From a virus, in the IMG/VR virus record IMGVR_UViG_3300007274_000026, positions 1-64,000 of that record: 64,000 nt of DNA; one strand, given 5' to 3'. Below the pieces are notes generated by a model. It saw only the letters and a program-made list of their open reading frames with translations. It was not told where the DNA came from and did not search any database. Positions within the stretch are counted from its first letter, which is position 1; every line of letters begins with the position of its first letter. Below are positions 39,629-48,328 of this stretch, piece by piece. The translations under genes and the position numbers were made by a program.

Positions 39629-39888
39629 GCCTGATGCAGTTACAGCAAAGAGGATCCCGCACCTTGTACAAGGGCGGGTCGCTGGTGGAGCTTGTCCACA
39701 TCATGCGAAACCACGCATTAGAGCCTTGCCCGAGCGTTGACGCCTACATGCAGGCGTATTCAGAGCGGATGCAGAAATGGGATGGGTCAAAGATCAGGAC
39801 CACCAGCGCGACAGAGTTTCTGCAGGACTTGCAGCGCTGCGGTGAGGTGCGGATCTGGGAAGATTGGCGACCTTATCGACCAGACTAA
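39625..39888 (+). CDS. Hypothetical protein
   Basis: 87 aa, YM..Y..R...IRT.S..EFL.DL...G pattern. Confidence 0.55.
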   Translation: MSLMQLQQRGSRTLYKGGSLVELVHIMRNHALEPCPSVDAYMQAYSERMQKWDGSKIRTTSATEFLQDLQRCGEVRIWEDWRPYRPD

Positions 39889-39928
39889 TTAAGGCTGGTA
39901 TTCTGGGTCAGCCCACTGCCACCACAGG

Positions 39929-40738
39929 ATGGACTTCAAACCCATTTCCACGTTGATCAAACCTGAATTCAACGCGGACAACCACAGCTACAGCTTCGAC
40001 GGTCAACCCCTGCCAGGCGTTAGCTACCTGATGGAACAGATCGGGGTAAAGGAGCCCTTTGATCGGACCTTTTGGTTTCAAAGCCTGATCCGCAAGGGCA
40101 TGACCGAAGAAGAGGCCATTGAGCACATGGACATGCGCTGTCAGCTGGGCATTGCCCGCGGCAATGGCTTGCATGGTTATGTCGAAAGCTGGATTAAGGG
40201 CGGTAGGCCTAACGCAAAGGATTTCTGCCCGCCTGAGCTGCCATCACTTGATCCCTATGTGGCTGGCTTCCATGAGTTTCTGGCTCACTACGAAGTCAGC
40301 AGCGTTCTGCTCTGCGAGCAACCGCTGGTCAATCCCATTGCCATGTATTGCGGCACCGTGGATTGTCTGGCCGTCACGCCAAACGGCTTGATGACGATTG
40401 ATTGGAAGACCACGGAAACGCTGAAGAAGTATCGGCGGCACGAATGGCAGTGTTACCAACAGGTGCTTTATGCGGCTGCCATCAACCGCTGCTACATCCT
40501 CGACCGACCCGTTGATAAAGGGATGTCGGTCACGTTTGCGGAGGATGGCTGGAAAGTTCAGGAATGGCCAACTGAACTGTTCATGCCTCGATGGGCTGAA
40601 GTGAAACAACTAATTTGGGATTTCTGGCACGAGCAACTTGAGCTTGGTCAGATGACTGAATGGCCCGGTGCTGCACCGCGTGCCATTGAAGCGATGCAGC
40701 GCCAATGGGGCGCCAAAAAGCAGCCTGCTGCTGTCTGA
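39929..40738 (+). CDS. PD-(D/E)XK exonuclease
   Basis: H.Y...LPGVS, RG..LH, E..L....YCGTVD, IDWKT and Q...Y motifs. Confidence 0.85.
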   Translation: MDFKPISTLIKPEFNADNHSYSFDGQPLPGVSYLMEQIGVKEPFDRTFWFQSLIRKGMTEEEAIEHMDMRCQLGIARGNGLHGYVESWIKGGRPNAKDFCPPELPSLDPYVAGFHEFLAHYEVSSVLLCEQPLVNPIAMYCGTVDCLAVTPNGLMTIDWKTTETLKKYRRHEWQCYQQVLYAAAINRCYILDRPVDKGMSVTFAEDGWKVQEWPTELFMPRWAEVKQLIWDFWHEQLELGQMTEWPGAAPRAIEAMQRQWGAKKQPAAV

Positions 40739-40759
40739 TTACCACCACCAACACAACAG

Positions 40760-41281
40760 ATGATTCTCAGCGACAACAGCCTCTATTCGCTAGCTAATAA
40801 CGGCATGGTCACGCCGTTTGAGCGGAGCAACGTTCAGGGCTCAAGCATTGATCTGACCCTGGGGAACAGCATCAAGGTTGAAGCCACCACCGGCTCTGGT
40901 GGAGAGTGGTTTGAAGTTGACCTCAGTGAACAGGGCTATTCCCTGGATCCAGGGGAGTTCATCCTGGCCCATACCGAGGAGGTGATCAGCGTGCCTGAGG
41001 GTTGCGCTGCAATGGTGCTGCTGCGCTCCTCAGCTGCTCGCGCTGGCTATGAGCACAGCCTGGCGGGATGGTGCGATCCAGGGTTTAAGGGGCAGATCAC
41101 TTTGGAGCTTCGGAACAACCTTCGCTTTCGTCAGCTGCCAGTTAAGCCAGGGATGCGCTTATGCCAGCTGATCGTTCACAGGCTGGATGGACAAGCTGCT
41201 AACCATTACGGCTTGCGGGGCAACTATCAGGGACAGATGGGAGTGACCGCTAGCAACAACAACTTTCAGAAGGTGGCCTGA
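40760..41281 (+). CDS. dcd: dCTP deaminase
   Basis: MILSD, SIDL.LG, PGEFILA.T.E, RSS.AR.G, DPGF.G.ITLEL.N and YQGQ.G motifs. Confidence 0.92.
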   Translation: MILSDNSLYSLANNGMVTPFERSNVQGSSIDLTLGNSIKVEATTGSGGEWFEVDLSEQGYSLDPGEFILAHTEEVISVPEGCAAMVLLRSSAARAGYEHSLAGWCDPGFKGQITLELRNNLRFRQLPVKPGMRLCQLIVHRLDGQAANHYGLRGNYQGQMGVTASNNNFQKVA

Positions 41282-41448
41282 TGGGGATGAACAAAAACAC
41301 CACGAACAAGCGGCTGAAATCAGTGACCATGTGCCTCAACCCTGAGGAGTATCAGGAGCTGGTGAACAAGGCTGAACAGGTTGGGATGAAGCCGTCTGTT
41401 ATTGCTCGCCGCTTGCTGCTTGAACACATCCGCTTCTATGCCCAATGA
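41281..41448 (+). CDS. Ribbon-helix-helix small regulator
   Basis: SVTMCLNPEEYQELVNKAEQVGMKPSVIARRLL. Confidence 0.6.
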   Translation: MGMNKNTTNKRLKSVTMCLNPEEYQELVNKAEQVGMKPSVIARRLLLEHIRFYAQ

Positions 41449-41777
41449 AATCTGACAAGTACGTCATTCCCGGTTCACTAGGCATCTGGCGTTACAAACA
41501 GCGAGAAGGACCTCCAGTGGTTTACATCGTCCACATGCCGCACAAGTTCACCACTCGCCCCTTCTCTGACAAGAAGGAAGCGATCAAGTTCATCAAATGG
41601 CCCAAGTCAACACCAACCGGCCAAGCCATCCGGGAATGGTTCGATCAATTTGATGATGAGAACGTGGTGGCGAAGCCTGCCGACGAGTTCCACCAGCAGA
41701 TCAAAGCTGAAGGGTTCGGCCCTGAGGCTCACATTGAGGAAGAGGAACCAAACGCCAACACACGAACGGTGATCTAG
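41445..41777 (+). CDS. Hypothetical protein
   Basis: 110-aa ORF; ATGA overlap. Confidence 0.6.
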   Translation: MKSDKYVIPGSLGIWRYKQREGPPVVYIVHMPHKFTTRPFSDKKEAIKFIKWPKSTPTGQAIREWFDQFDDENVVAKPADEFHQQIKAEGFGPEAHIEEEEPNANTRTVI

Positions 41778-41932
41778 GACGTCTTTTTCAGATCCTGGCT
41801 CATCAAGCCTGTGAATGTGCCGTGCAAGGGATGCTCACGCTTGTCACGGCCATCTGCAACGTAAAGCTTTTCCATCAGCTTGATGCGCCGGATCATTTCA
41901 GGAACGTTTTCAGCGCCGTAGGCAAGGGTCAT
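41774..41932 (-). CDS. Small conserved cyanophage-type protein
   Basis: M..LY..DGRD...HP.H.T.TGL motif; ATGA overlap with the basic protein gene. Confidence 0.55.
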   Translation of the reverse strand: MTLAYGAENVPEMIRRIKLMEKLYVADGRDKREHPLHGTFTGLMSQDLKKTS

Positions 41933-42132
41933 TTCTTTTTAGAGGTGGGGCGTTTCTTGGCGGTGCGGGCGGCGCGCTTGAAGTCCGCGTCTTTGGGGCG
42001 GCGAGTCTTCTCGCCGGCCTTTTTCTTTTTGCCAGCTCCAAGTTTTTTGAGGTTGATTGACCGGTAGAGGCCGGGCTTCTGGCGCTTCAGCTTTTTGATT
42101 TTTTGAGCCTTGGACAGCTTTTTGGCGGCCAT
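41929..42132 (-). CDS. Small highly basic (possibly DNA-condensing) protein
   Basis: KPGLY..I..K...GEK.R.P...FKRAARTAKKR, a motif I recall from marine phage basic proteins. Confidence 0.65.
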   Translation of the reverse strand: MAAKKLSKAQKIKKLKRQKPGLYRSINLKKLGAGKKKKAGEKTRRPKDADFKRAARTAKKRPTSKKK

Positions 42133-42242
42133 GGGCCCAAAACGCATCAGCAAATCCAGCTTAGCTAGTTGCCATGCGTAGCTAGCAGTGGTATGGTTCA
42201 AGGCAACGGGGCAAGCCCCGCAACCACCACCACTTCAACAAC

Positions 42243-42560
42243 GTGATTTTCCGCACGCTCATCGCACCTGCTTTCGCTGCCATGTCGGCACTGCAGCCCG
42301 TCGCAGCCATGCAGCAGGTGCCCGCAGGCTTCGCCTACGTCAACAACTCCGACGAAGGCGACTTGTATTTCATCAAGCAAGTTGCCAAGTCTGGCGACCT
42401 GCAATTCACCCAGATCCACGCCATCGCCCCTGATGGCGACGCCTACACCGTCACCTACACGTTCAACTGTGCAACCCGCCAATACAAGAGCGGCGATCAG
42501 TGGAAATCTCCCAACCCCAACACCGTTGGCGTGGAGTGGATGGACCAATCCTGCAACTGA
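42243..42560 (+). CDS. Exported protein
   Basis: Signal-peptide-like N-terminus; promoter and leader upstream. Confidence 0.6.
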   Translation: MIFRTLIAPAFAAMSALQPVAAMQQVPAGFAYVNNSDEGDLYFIKQVAKSGDLQFTQIHAIAPDGDAYTVTYTFNCATRQYKSGDQWKSPNPNTVGVEWMDQSCN

Positions 42561-42595
42561 TCACCACGACTAGCTAACCAACCATCATCAAAACC

Positions 42596-42856
42596 ATGAA
42601 CCTGATCAAAGCCACCGTTGCAGCCGCCGCCGTCGTGACGTGCTGCCTTGGCAACGAAATGCCTGCTCGCTCCGACAGCTTCACTTGTATGGATCTGGGC
42701 CCTGGATATACAACCTGCTCAGGGTCAGGCGGCAGCCACACATTCATGGACCTTTCTCCTCGCCCCCTTGATATGGGCCTGCCTTCTCTTGATGAGCCCT
42801 TTGACAGTGGCATCAGGACCTGCAGCACTTTCGGTTCCACAACCACCTGCTTCTGA
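42596..42856 (+). CDS. Exported small Cys-containing protein
   Basis: Signal-like N-terminus; C...G..TTC repeats. Confidence 0.6.
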   Translation: MNLIKATVAAAAVVTCCLGNEMPARSDSFTCMDLGPGYTTCSGSGGSHTFMDLSPRPLDMGLPSLDEPFDSGIRTCSTFGSTTTCF

Positions 42857-43143
42857 TGACCTGGCGTTTTAGACGAAGCTTCAGCCTCATCCCTGGAGTT
42901 CGCATCAACCTCAGCAAGAACGGCTTCTCAAGCATGAGCATCGGCCGACCTGGCGCCACACTCAACATCCCCATTGCTCGCGATGGGGGCGTTCGTGGCA
43001 CCGTCGGCATCCCTGGCACTGGCCTTAGCTACAGCGAGGAGTTCGAGTCCCGCAAGCCTGATCTAGACGGCATGCCAGACCCGAACACCTGCACGTGGGC
43101 GGAATGGCAGGAAGCCTGGGAAAAGCGCGAAAACAGCAAATGA
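42856..43143 (+). CDS. DUF4236-like protein
   Basis: RFRRS..L.PGVRINLSK.G.S.SIG...T.GIPGTGLSY. Confidence 0.8.
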   Translation: MTWRFRRSFSLIPGVRINLSKNGFSSMSIGRPGATLNIPIARDGGVRGTVGIPGTGLSYSEEFESRKPDLDGMPDPNTCTWAEWQEAWEKRENSK

Positions 43144-43171
43144 CCACCAACACCACCACAACCAACCACCA

Positions 43172-43351
43172 ATGAAACAACGCGAATTTCTTTCGGGTCG
43201 CTGGACCAAATCCTTAGGAGACGGACCAATTGCAAGATTTTCAATCGTCCTGCCTGCTGAAATGAAAGACAGGTTAAGAGCAGAAGCGCTAAAGCAAGGG
43301 ACAGACTGCTCAGAGTTGACTCGATCAATTCTCAGAAGAGCTCTGTATTAA
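43172..43351 (+). CDS. Arc/RHH-like small regulator
   Basis: RFSIVLPAEMKDRLRAEALKQG...SEL.R.IL; ACCACCAC leader. Confidence 0.6.
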   Translation: MKQREFLSGRWTKSLGDGPIARFSIVLPAEMKDRLRAEALKQGTDCSELTRSILRRALY

Positions 43352-43377
43352 CCAACGGCCCCGAAAGGGGCCTTTAT

Positions 43378-43815
43378 TTATGGGACCTGCCTGATGGCAA
43401 TCAATGCACCTGGAAGCTCCCCTTCGGCGGCGTAACGCTTGATCGCCGATGTCCTGGCTATACGGGCATCGTCCTGATAGGCAACGTTTGACAAGGCGTC
43501 TTCCGTGCTTCTCAGCAGCTTGCTGATGTCGGGCCGGGTGGAATGCAGAAGAGGGGCGCTTGGTTTGAGCTTGTCAGCGTTCTTGCCTGTGCCGTAGTGC
43601 GAACGGGGGCGCGGGAACACAAACTCAACTTGCATCTCAACCGCCCCCATTAAAGGCTGCGCACCTTCGGCCACGGCGGCATCAGTCACAGCAGCGCGCC
43701 ACGATTTGACGTGTTTACACGATTCGATCATCACGCCATTGCCGACCATCCTTTTGCTGCCTTGGGGCATCGGGATGTGTCCACGGACTTTAATTGTGAT
43801 CTGTTCGTTCATCAA
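43378..43815 (-). CDS. rusA: RusA-like Holliday junction resolvase
   Basis: PQGSK, F.FPRP.SH, PD..KL.RS.EDAL...YQDD motifs. Confidence 0.88.
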   Translation of the reverse strand: MMNEQITIKVRGHIPMPQGSKRMVGNGVMIESCKHVKSWRAAVTDAAVAEGAQPLMGAVEMQVEFVFPRPRSHYGTGKNADKLKPSAPLLHSTRPDISKLLRSTEDALSNVAYQDDARIARTSAIKRYAAEGELPGALIAIRQVP

Positions 43816-43944
43816 GCCAATGCGGCGGTGGTTCCTTTGTGAATTCCTGGTCGACAGCTCTGCGGTAATCCCGTTGCCATCCCCGATCCCTTGCCCACAA
43901 CCAGCCGCGCACTGAAGAACGGACCCGTTGCGGGCGCAGTTTGA

Positions 43945-44916
43945 TTACGCGATAGCTGGGAGCTTCTTCGCTGGCTTCTCCACCATTACCGTTGCGGGTA
44001 GGTTCAGCTGGCATTGATTGATCACTCCTGCTCTGAAACGTAATTTGCGCAGCGCGCTGTCGCGGATCTGCCGCGTGCGCTCACGGCTGACACCATCACG
44101 CCCGCTGCCATCCAGGTTCACCAGCGTTTTGCCAATGTCGCTGAGCTTCATCGGCTTATCAGCTTCAATGCCGTAATAAGAGAGGATCACCGTTCGTTCC
44201 CGGTCGTTCAAACAAGACAGCATCTGTTCGTCCAGGTTGTACTCATCCAGGCTTTCATCAAAAGCCTCACGACGAATGGGTTCTTCTTTGTCGTGGATCA
44301 GATCCAGCAGCATCGTCCAATCGTCATTGCCGACATTGGTGTGAAGGCTGGTGATAGGGGCAAAGGCTTCCAGCGTTTCACGTACTTTGTTTTCGCTGAT
44401 GCTGAGGATTGCGCCGATCTCGGTAAGGCTTGGCTGACGGAAATGCGCCTGCTCGAATTCGGCAGTAACTCTGCGGATCTTGTGATGCAGTTCTGAGATA
44501 TGAAGCGGCAAGCGGATGGAACGGGTCTGCGAGTCGATAGCCCGCGTCATCGCCTGACGAATCCACCAGTAGGCGTAGGTGCTGAACTTGTATCCCCTGG
44601 TGTGATCAAATTTTTCAACAGCACGGTTGAGGCCAATGCTGCCTTCTTGGATCAGGTCGATCAGTTCAAGATTGAAGAAGGAGTATTTTTTAGCTACAGC
44701 AACCACCATCCTGAGGTTGCCTTCAATCATTCGTTTTCGCGCTCGCTGCCCCATGCGAACCGCGCGCAACTGCTGCGGTGTTCGCTCAGAAGGCGGCACT
44801 TCTTCTTCAACCGCTAAACCAGCTTGAACTTTGCGGGAAAGGTCGATTTCTTCGGCTGCAGTCAGAAGGGGGATTTTGCCAATTCTGGACAAATACAAAC
44901 CGAGAGCATCTTTCAT
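43945..44916 (-). CDS. RpoD/SigA-family RNA polymerase sigma factor (phage-encoded)
   Basis: YL..IG..PLLT..EE, NLR.VV.VAKKY, DLIQEG.IGL.RAVEKFD..RGYKFSTYAYWWIRQA, SRER.RQI. Confidence 0.95.
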   Translation of the reverse strand: MKDALGLYLSRIGKIPLLTAAEEIDLSRKVQAGLAVEEEVPPSERTPQQLRAVRMGQRARKRMIEGNLRMVVAVAKKYSFFNLELIDLIQEGSIGLNRAVEKFDHTRGYKFSTYAYWWIRQAMTRAIDSQTRSIRLPLHISELHHKIRRVTAEFEQAHFRQPSLTEIGAILSISENKVRETLEAFAPITSLHTNVGNDDWTMLLDLIHDKEEPIRREAFDESLDEYNLDEQMLSCLNDRERTVILSYYGIEADKPMKLSDIGKTLVNLDGSGRDGVSRERTRQIRDSALRKLRFRAGVINQCQLNLPATVMVEKPAKKLPAIA

Positions 44917-44994
44917 GCGTGGGATAAATGCGCATGGACCGCACCATACAAAAAAATCCCACGATTAGCTAGCAAAGGCTGCGAATAAGTCCAA

Positions 44995-45104
44995 ACAGCA
45001 GAAAACCCCCAGCCGGTATGCGGACTGAGGGTTTTCCCCGATGCCGCATGCAAGCGACAGTCGGACGGGACCACGCAACCACCACAGAAGTGTGGCCCCG
45101 CGAT
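44995..45104 (-). ncRNA. Candidate three-hairpin small RNA whose loop is antisense to the phage leader motif
   Basis: Promoter TTGCCA-18bp-TATGAT (45140-45111); three stems; loop contains UGUGGUGGUUG; the last stem ends in GUUUUC. Confidence 0.65.
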
Positions 45105-45230
45105 GTAGTCATCATACCACGTAGCTAGGGCTGGTGGCAAAGTTTGGCGATGCGCGACATCACAACATGCGCTACATGGACCATAAGGAATGAATGCATA
45201 CCTAAAGCGCACATAGACTCTCACTGGACT

Positions 45231-45722
45231 TTAGGCGTGCCTGGCGAACTCCCCATGCAACTCCTCGCGCTTTGCTCTGACCGCTTCCAGGGCTTCCTCC
45301 TTGGTCTTATGGCACCCGAGGTAGTGACTGACCTTGTTCACCTGAACACGCGCCATCCAGCGCTGGCTGGACTTGTCAAAGCGAACGCCTTTGTCAGGGC
45401 GCGACTGATTCATCATGTTCTGGCTATGGGTGGCCTCCCGCAGGTTGCTGATGCGGTTGTCAAAGCCGTTCCCGTTGCGGTGGTCGACCCGCCCCGCAGG
45501 GTCAGTCCCGTAATACAACTTCCAAGCAATGCGGTGCTCAAGAAACGATCCCTGCGGGTGGAACGTAATAGATCGGTATCTAGGGGTTTTGTTGCCAGCG
45601 CGGTCACCTGCCTTTACAGCGTGCCCGTTGCCTACTTTCCAGGTCAACACGCCAGTTTCGGGGCAATAGTTCAGCTTCTCCTGCAGAAACTCCAGTGGCG
45701 GGAGGGGTTTTGAGTTATGCAT
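45231..45722 (-). CDS. HNH-AP2 homing endonuclease
   Basis: Y.PETG.L.W, HRIAW, DH.NG...DNRI.NLR.AT..QN, then AP2-like GV.F...W.A.....YLG. Confidence 0.9.
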   Translation of the reverse strand: MHNSKPLPPLEFLQEKLNYCPETGVLTWKVGNGHAVKAGDRAGNKTPRYRSITFHPQGSFLEHRIAWKLYYGTDPAGRVDHRNGNGFDNRISNLREATHSQNMMNQSRPDKGVRFDKSSQRWMARVQVNKVSHYLGCHKTKEEALEAVRAKREELHGEFARHA

Positions 45723-47033
45723 AAAATCACTTTAGCCTATGCAAGGTGCTCCACAACCGAACAAGATTCAGCATTAGAAGCTCAAATAGTTCGGCTAAAA
45801 GAAGCGGGCGCAGAGAAAGTTATTAGCGAACTTATTTCAGGAAGGAATAACGAAAGGCCAGGGATCCTCGAGGCCATGGCCATGGTGAAAAAGGGGATGG
45901 TCAAAGAACTGCTGGTGACGCGGGTTGATCGTCTGGGTCGTGACGCGGGTTACGCGGACCAACTGCTGGCTTTATGCCAAGACAGCGGGGTGATCGTTCG
46001 GGCGCTCGATGGAGGGGAGATCGAGACGGCAAGCCCTCAGGGATTTCTGATGGCCCGCATGATGACTTCGATGGCTGAGATGGAATCGAAAATGCTGTCC
46101 ATGCGCATCAAACGAAGCTTTGCGGTATACAGAGCTCAAGGACGTCACTTAAAGCGCAGGTTGATCTTCGGCTACACGAAGGGTGAAAACTTCAAGCTCG
46201 CCCCGCATCCTGAGAATTGGGACAAAGCCCTGTATGTGATCGAGCTACTCAAAGAGCTTGGCTCGTTCACGAAGGTCAGCCAACGATTAGGGAAGGAAGG
46301 TTTCCCGTGGACTCCCGCCTCATCGAATTTAGAATTTTGGTTCGTCAACCCAACAATCCGCGGCCACCTTCCCCACCTATGGGATCGCAGCAGCGGCAAA
46401 GGCTGGAAAGCCAACTGGAAGGAGACCTATTTTGACCAACACCCTGCCCTGATCAGTGAGCACGATTGGCGCGAGCTGGCCGACAAGCTCCGCAGGGTCA
46501 AGAACAACTTTGAGCAAACAGGCAAATCCCCAGGACATGGCCTGACGGGCGTTCTGTCCTGCATGAGTTGCGGCCATAACCTCAGACGCAACACCAGCCA
46601 AGGAACGGTCTGGTGGTCCTGCCGCAACCGCAATTGCAGCGCTCGTGGTCGCGGCAAGGAAATCGACCTGATTCAGCTTGCTGCTGTTGAGTCAGCCAAG
46701 GCTGCCAAGCGCCTCGCCCAGCTAATGGCAACGCCGCAAGCGGAAGATCCGCGGGTGGCAATGAAACGGGCTGACCTGCAAGCTCTGCAGGCTCTTGCTG
46801 TTCGTAACCCGTCAATGCTTCCAGCCGTGGAAGCATTGAAAAATGAGATCACTGCAATGCAGCAGACGGACGCGCCTCAAGTCGACGTGAGCCGATATGA
46901 GGCCTTTACCCGCGATCCAGAGCTGTTTCTAGATCAGTCGCCTGCCGTTCAGCGAGCGCTTTTTCTGCACGTCCTACAAACGATTCAGGTAGGTCAGGGA
47001 GGGGTTGCCCAGTCCGTTCCGCGTGTCGCTTGA
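45717..47033 (+). CDS. Large serine recombinase (integrase)
   Basis: YARCST..Q catalytic Ser, SG...RPG, RVDRLGR, E.ES...S.RI, FGY, zinc ribbon CMSCG...CRNRNC. Confidence 0.92.
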   Translation: MHKITLAYARCSTTEQDSALEAQIVRLKEAGAEKVISELISGRNNERPGILEAMAMVKKGMVKELLVTRVDRLGRDAGYADQLLALCQDSGVIVRALDGGEIETASPQGFLMARMMTSMAEMESKMLSMRIKRSFAVYRAQGRHLKRRLIFGYTKGENFKLAPHPENWDKALYVIELLKELGSFTKVSQRLGKEGFPWTPASSNLEFWFVNPTIRGHLPHLWDRSSGKGWKANWKETYFDQHPALISEHDWRELADKLRRVKNNFEQTGKSPGHGLTGVLSCMSCGHNLRRNTSQGTVWWSCRNRNCSARGRGKEIDLIQLAAVESAKAAKRLAQLMATPQAEDPRVAMKRADLQALQALAVRNPSMLPAVEALKNEITAMQQTDAPQVDVSRYEAFTRDPELFLDQSPAVQRALFLHVLQTIQVGQGGVAQSVPRVA

Positions 47034-47070
47034 TCGCGATGATCAAAGCGTCCCTGGCTGAAAATTCCAT
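46906..47070 (-). CDS. Small protein overlapping the integrase 3' end (candidate recombination directionality factor)
   Basis: 54 aa, MEFSARDALIIAIKRHAERTGQPLPDLPE... Confidence 0.4.
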   Translation of the reverse strand: MEFSARDALIIAIKRHAERTGQPLPDLPESFVGRAEKALAERQATDLETALDRG

Positions 47071-47245
47071 AACTAGCTAGCGGAGTGATCAGAGGTGGCG
47101 CCACCGGCTAAGGACATGTGGCGAATGATGTTCAGCAACTTGCGGGCGGCATCTTTGGTGGGCTGCCATCCGTGGGCTTTGCCGTCGGTGCTGACGACTT
47201 GGTAGCCGCCATCCATGGCGGCCAGATGAAACCGAGGGTAGCTAG

Positions 47246-47569
47246 TCAAGATGCCTCCGCAGCAAGGTAAATATCCAGGGCTTCGAGAATGCCGCTGATC
47301 TCATCCTGAATCTGTGTGATCCGATAGGTGATCGAAAGCTTTCCGATCTGGTCCAAGTAGTCGTGGTGAACCTGCTGAATCGCCTCTAGCTGAAACGTTC
47401 GGGAGTTGAGCAGGCTGAAAAGCACGCTGATAGTGACCACAACGCTGTCCGAACGGGCGGCACCTTCAAGAATGTCTGGGAGCTCGATCTCAAGGGCTTC
47501 AACGCTTTTGCCGATGTGCTCGACGATTTCGCAGACGGAATCCGCCCTTGTGGCCAAGTCCTTGGTCAT
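47246..47569 (-). CDS. Hypothetical helical protein
   Basis: 107 aa; promoter-like motif and CACCACA leader upstream. Confidence 0.55.
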   Translation of the reverse strand: MTKDLATRADSVCEIVEHIGKSVEALEIELPDILEGAARSDSVVVTISVLFSLLNSRTFQLEAIQQVHHDYLDQIGKLSITYRITQIQDEISGILEALDIYLAAEAS

Positions 47570-47687
47570 GCTGATTTTGTGGTGATCGCCCCGTCAGCCT
47601 ACCACCCTTAGCTAACGGTGGCACACGTTTGGGGAACGTGCCTTCTGTTTAGGTCCACCCCCCCAGTTCTGGCAAGGACTTACGCAT

Positions 47688-47712
47688 TAAAAAAGCCCCG
47701 CTGTTGCGGGGC
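47688..47712 (-). terminator. Intrinsic terminator closing the RAMP-array operon
   Basis: GCCCCGC-AACA-GCGGGGC followed by TTTTTT. Confidence 0.8.
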
Positions 47713-47727
47713 ATCTGATCTGTCGGA

Positions 47728-48264
47728 CTAGCTAGCCAGTAGCTGCGCCGCTTCAACAACTTTTGAATGCGCCTCCTGCACCGCCTGAACCCTGATGGCG
47801 AAACCTGGATCCTTCAGGTTGCCGCCAATCTGGTTTAACTCTTGGATGGCTTTCTGAGCTTGGTTCAACCTCTTCTGAGCATCTCGCCAGACCAGCTCAA
47901 AATGCTCTGGATTGTCCTTCAAGGATGCCGCAGTGACATAAACGCCAGGGTCCTTCGGCTTCTCATATTCAAGCTCTCGAACGTTGTAGTAAAGCGGCGT
48001 TGGCGCCGGGTCTTTGTCGTACCAAACTTCAACCCACTTGATCAGGTCGCGGCTTTGGTGCTTGCGATATTCGTTCGCCGCAACGTCATTACGCCACTCA
48101 AAGCACTCATGCAATGGAGCCTGTTCAGGCTCGGATGCATCCACAACACCTTGCGCTGTTAATGCACCTTGATCGGCCTCAATGTCAGCCAAGGCTTCGC
48201 CGACATTGTCGGCCGTTAGTCCGTGCTTGGTTTTGGATCCGTCCCTGAATGCGTAGCTGGTCAT
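47728..48264 (-). CDS. Conserved phage protein downstream of the GGY-NN array (accessory gene)
   Basis: G.LT...VVDAS.PE..PLH.CFEW.ND.AA..YR..Q.R.LI motif. Confidence 0.75.
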   Translation of the reverse strand: MTSYAFRDGSKTKHGLTADNVGEALADIEADQGALTAQGVVDASEPEQAPLHECFEWRNDVAANEYRKHQSRDLIKWVEVWYDKDPAPTPLYYNVRELEYEKPKDPGVYVTAASLKDNPEHFELVWRDAQKRLNQAQKAIQELNQIGGNLKDPGFAIRVQAVQEAHSKVVEAAQLLAS

Positions 48265-48328
48265 TGATTAGCTAGTGATGGTTGATAAGAGTATGGGGCA
48301 AGCGGCGACTAAAAGCCACCGCTTGCAG

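Noticed and set aside
39929-40738. Cas4 as part of a CRISPR system
   Set aside because: It is an ordinary phage PD-(D/E)XK exonuclease without the Cas4 four-Cys arrangement, and it lies 8 kb from the array.
44995-45104. tRNA interpretation of the structured RNA
   Set aside because: No acceptor stem, T-loop (GTTCRA) or CCA end; I recognised no tRNA gene anywhere in the window.
44913-45713. ORFs 44913-45224 (-) and 45144-45713 (+)
   Set aside because: They have no recognisable motifs and overlap the sRNA/promoter or lie antisense to the HNH-AP2 gene.
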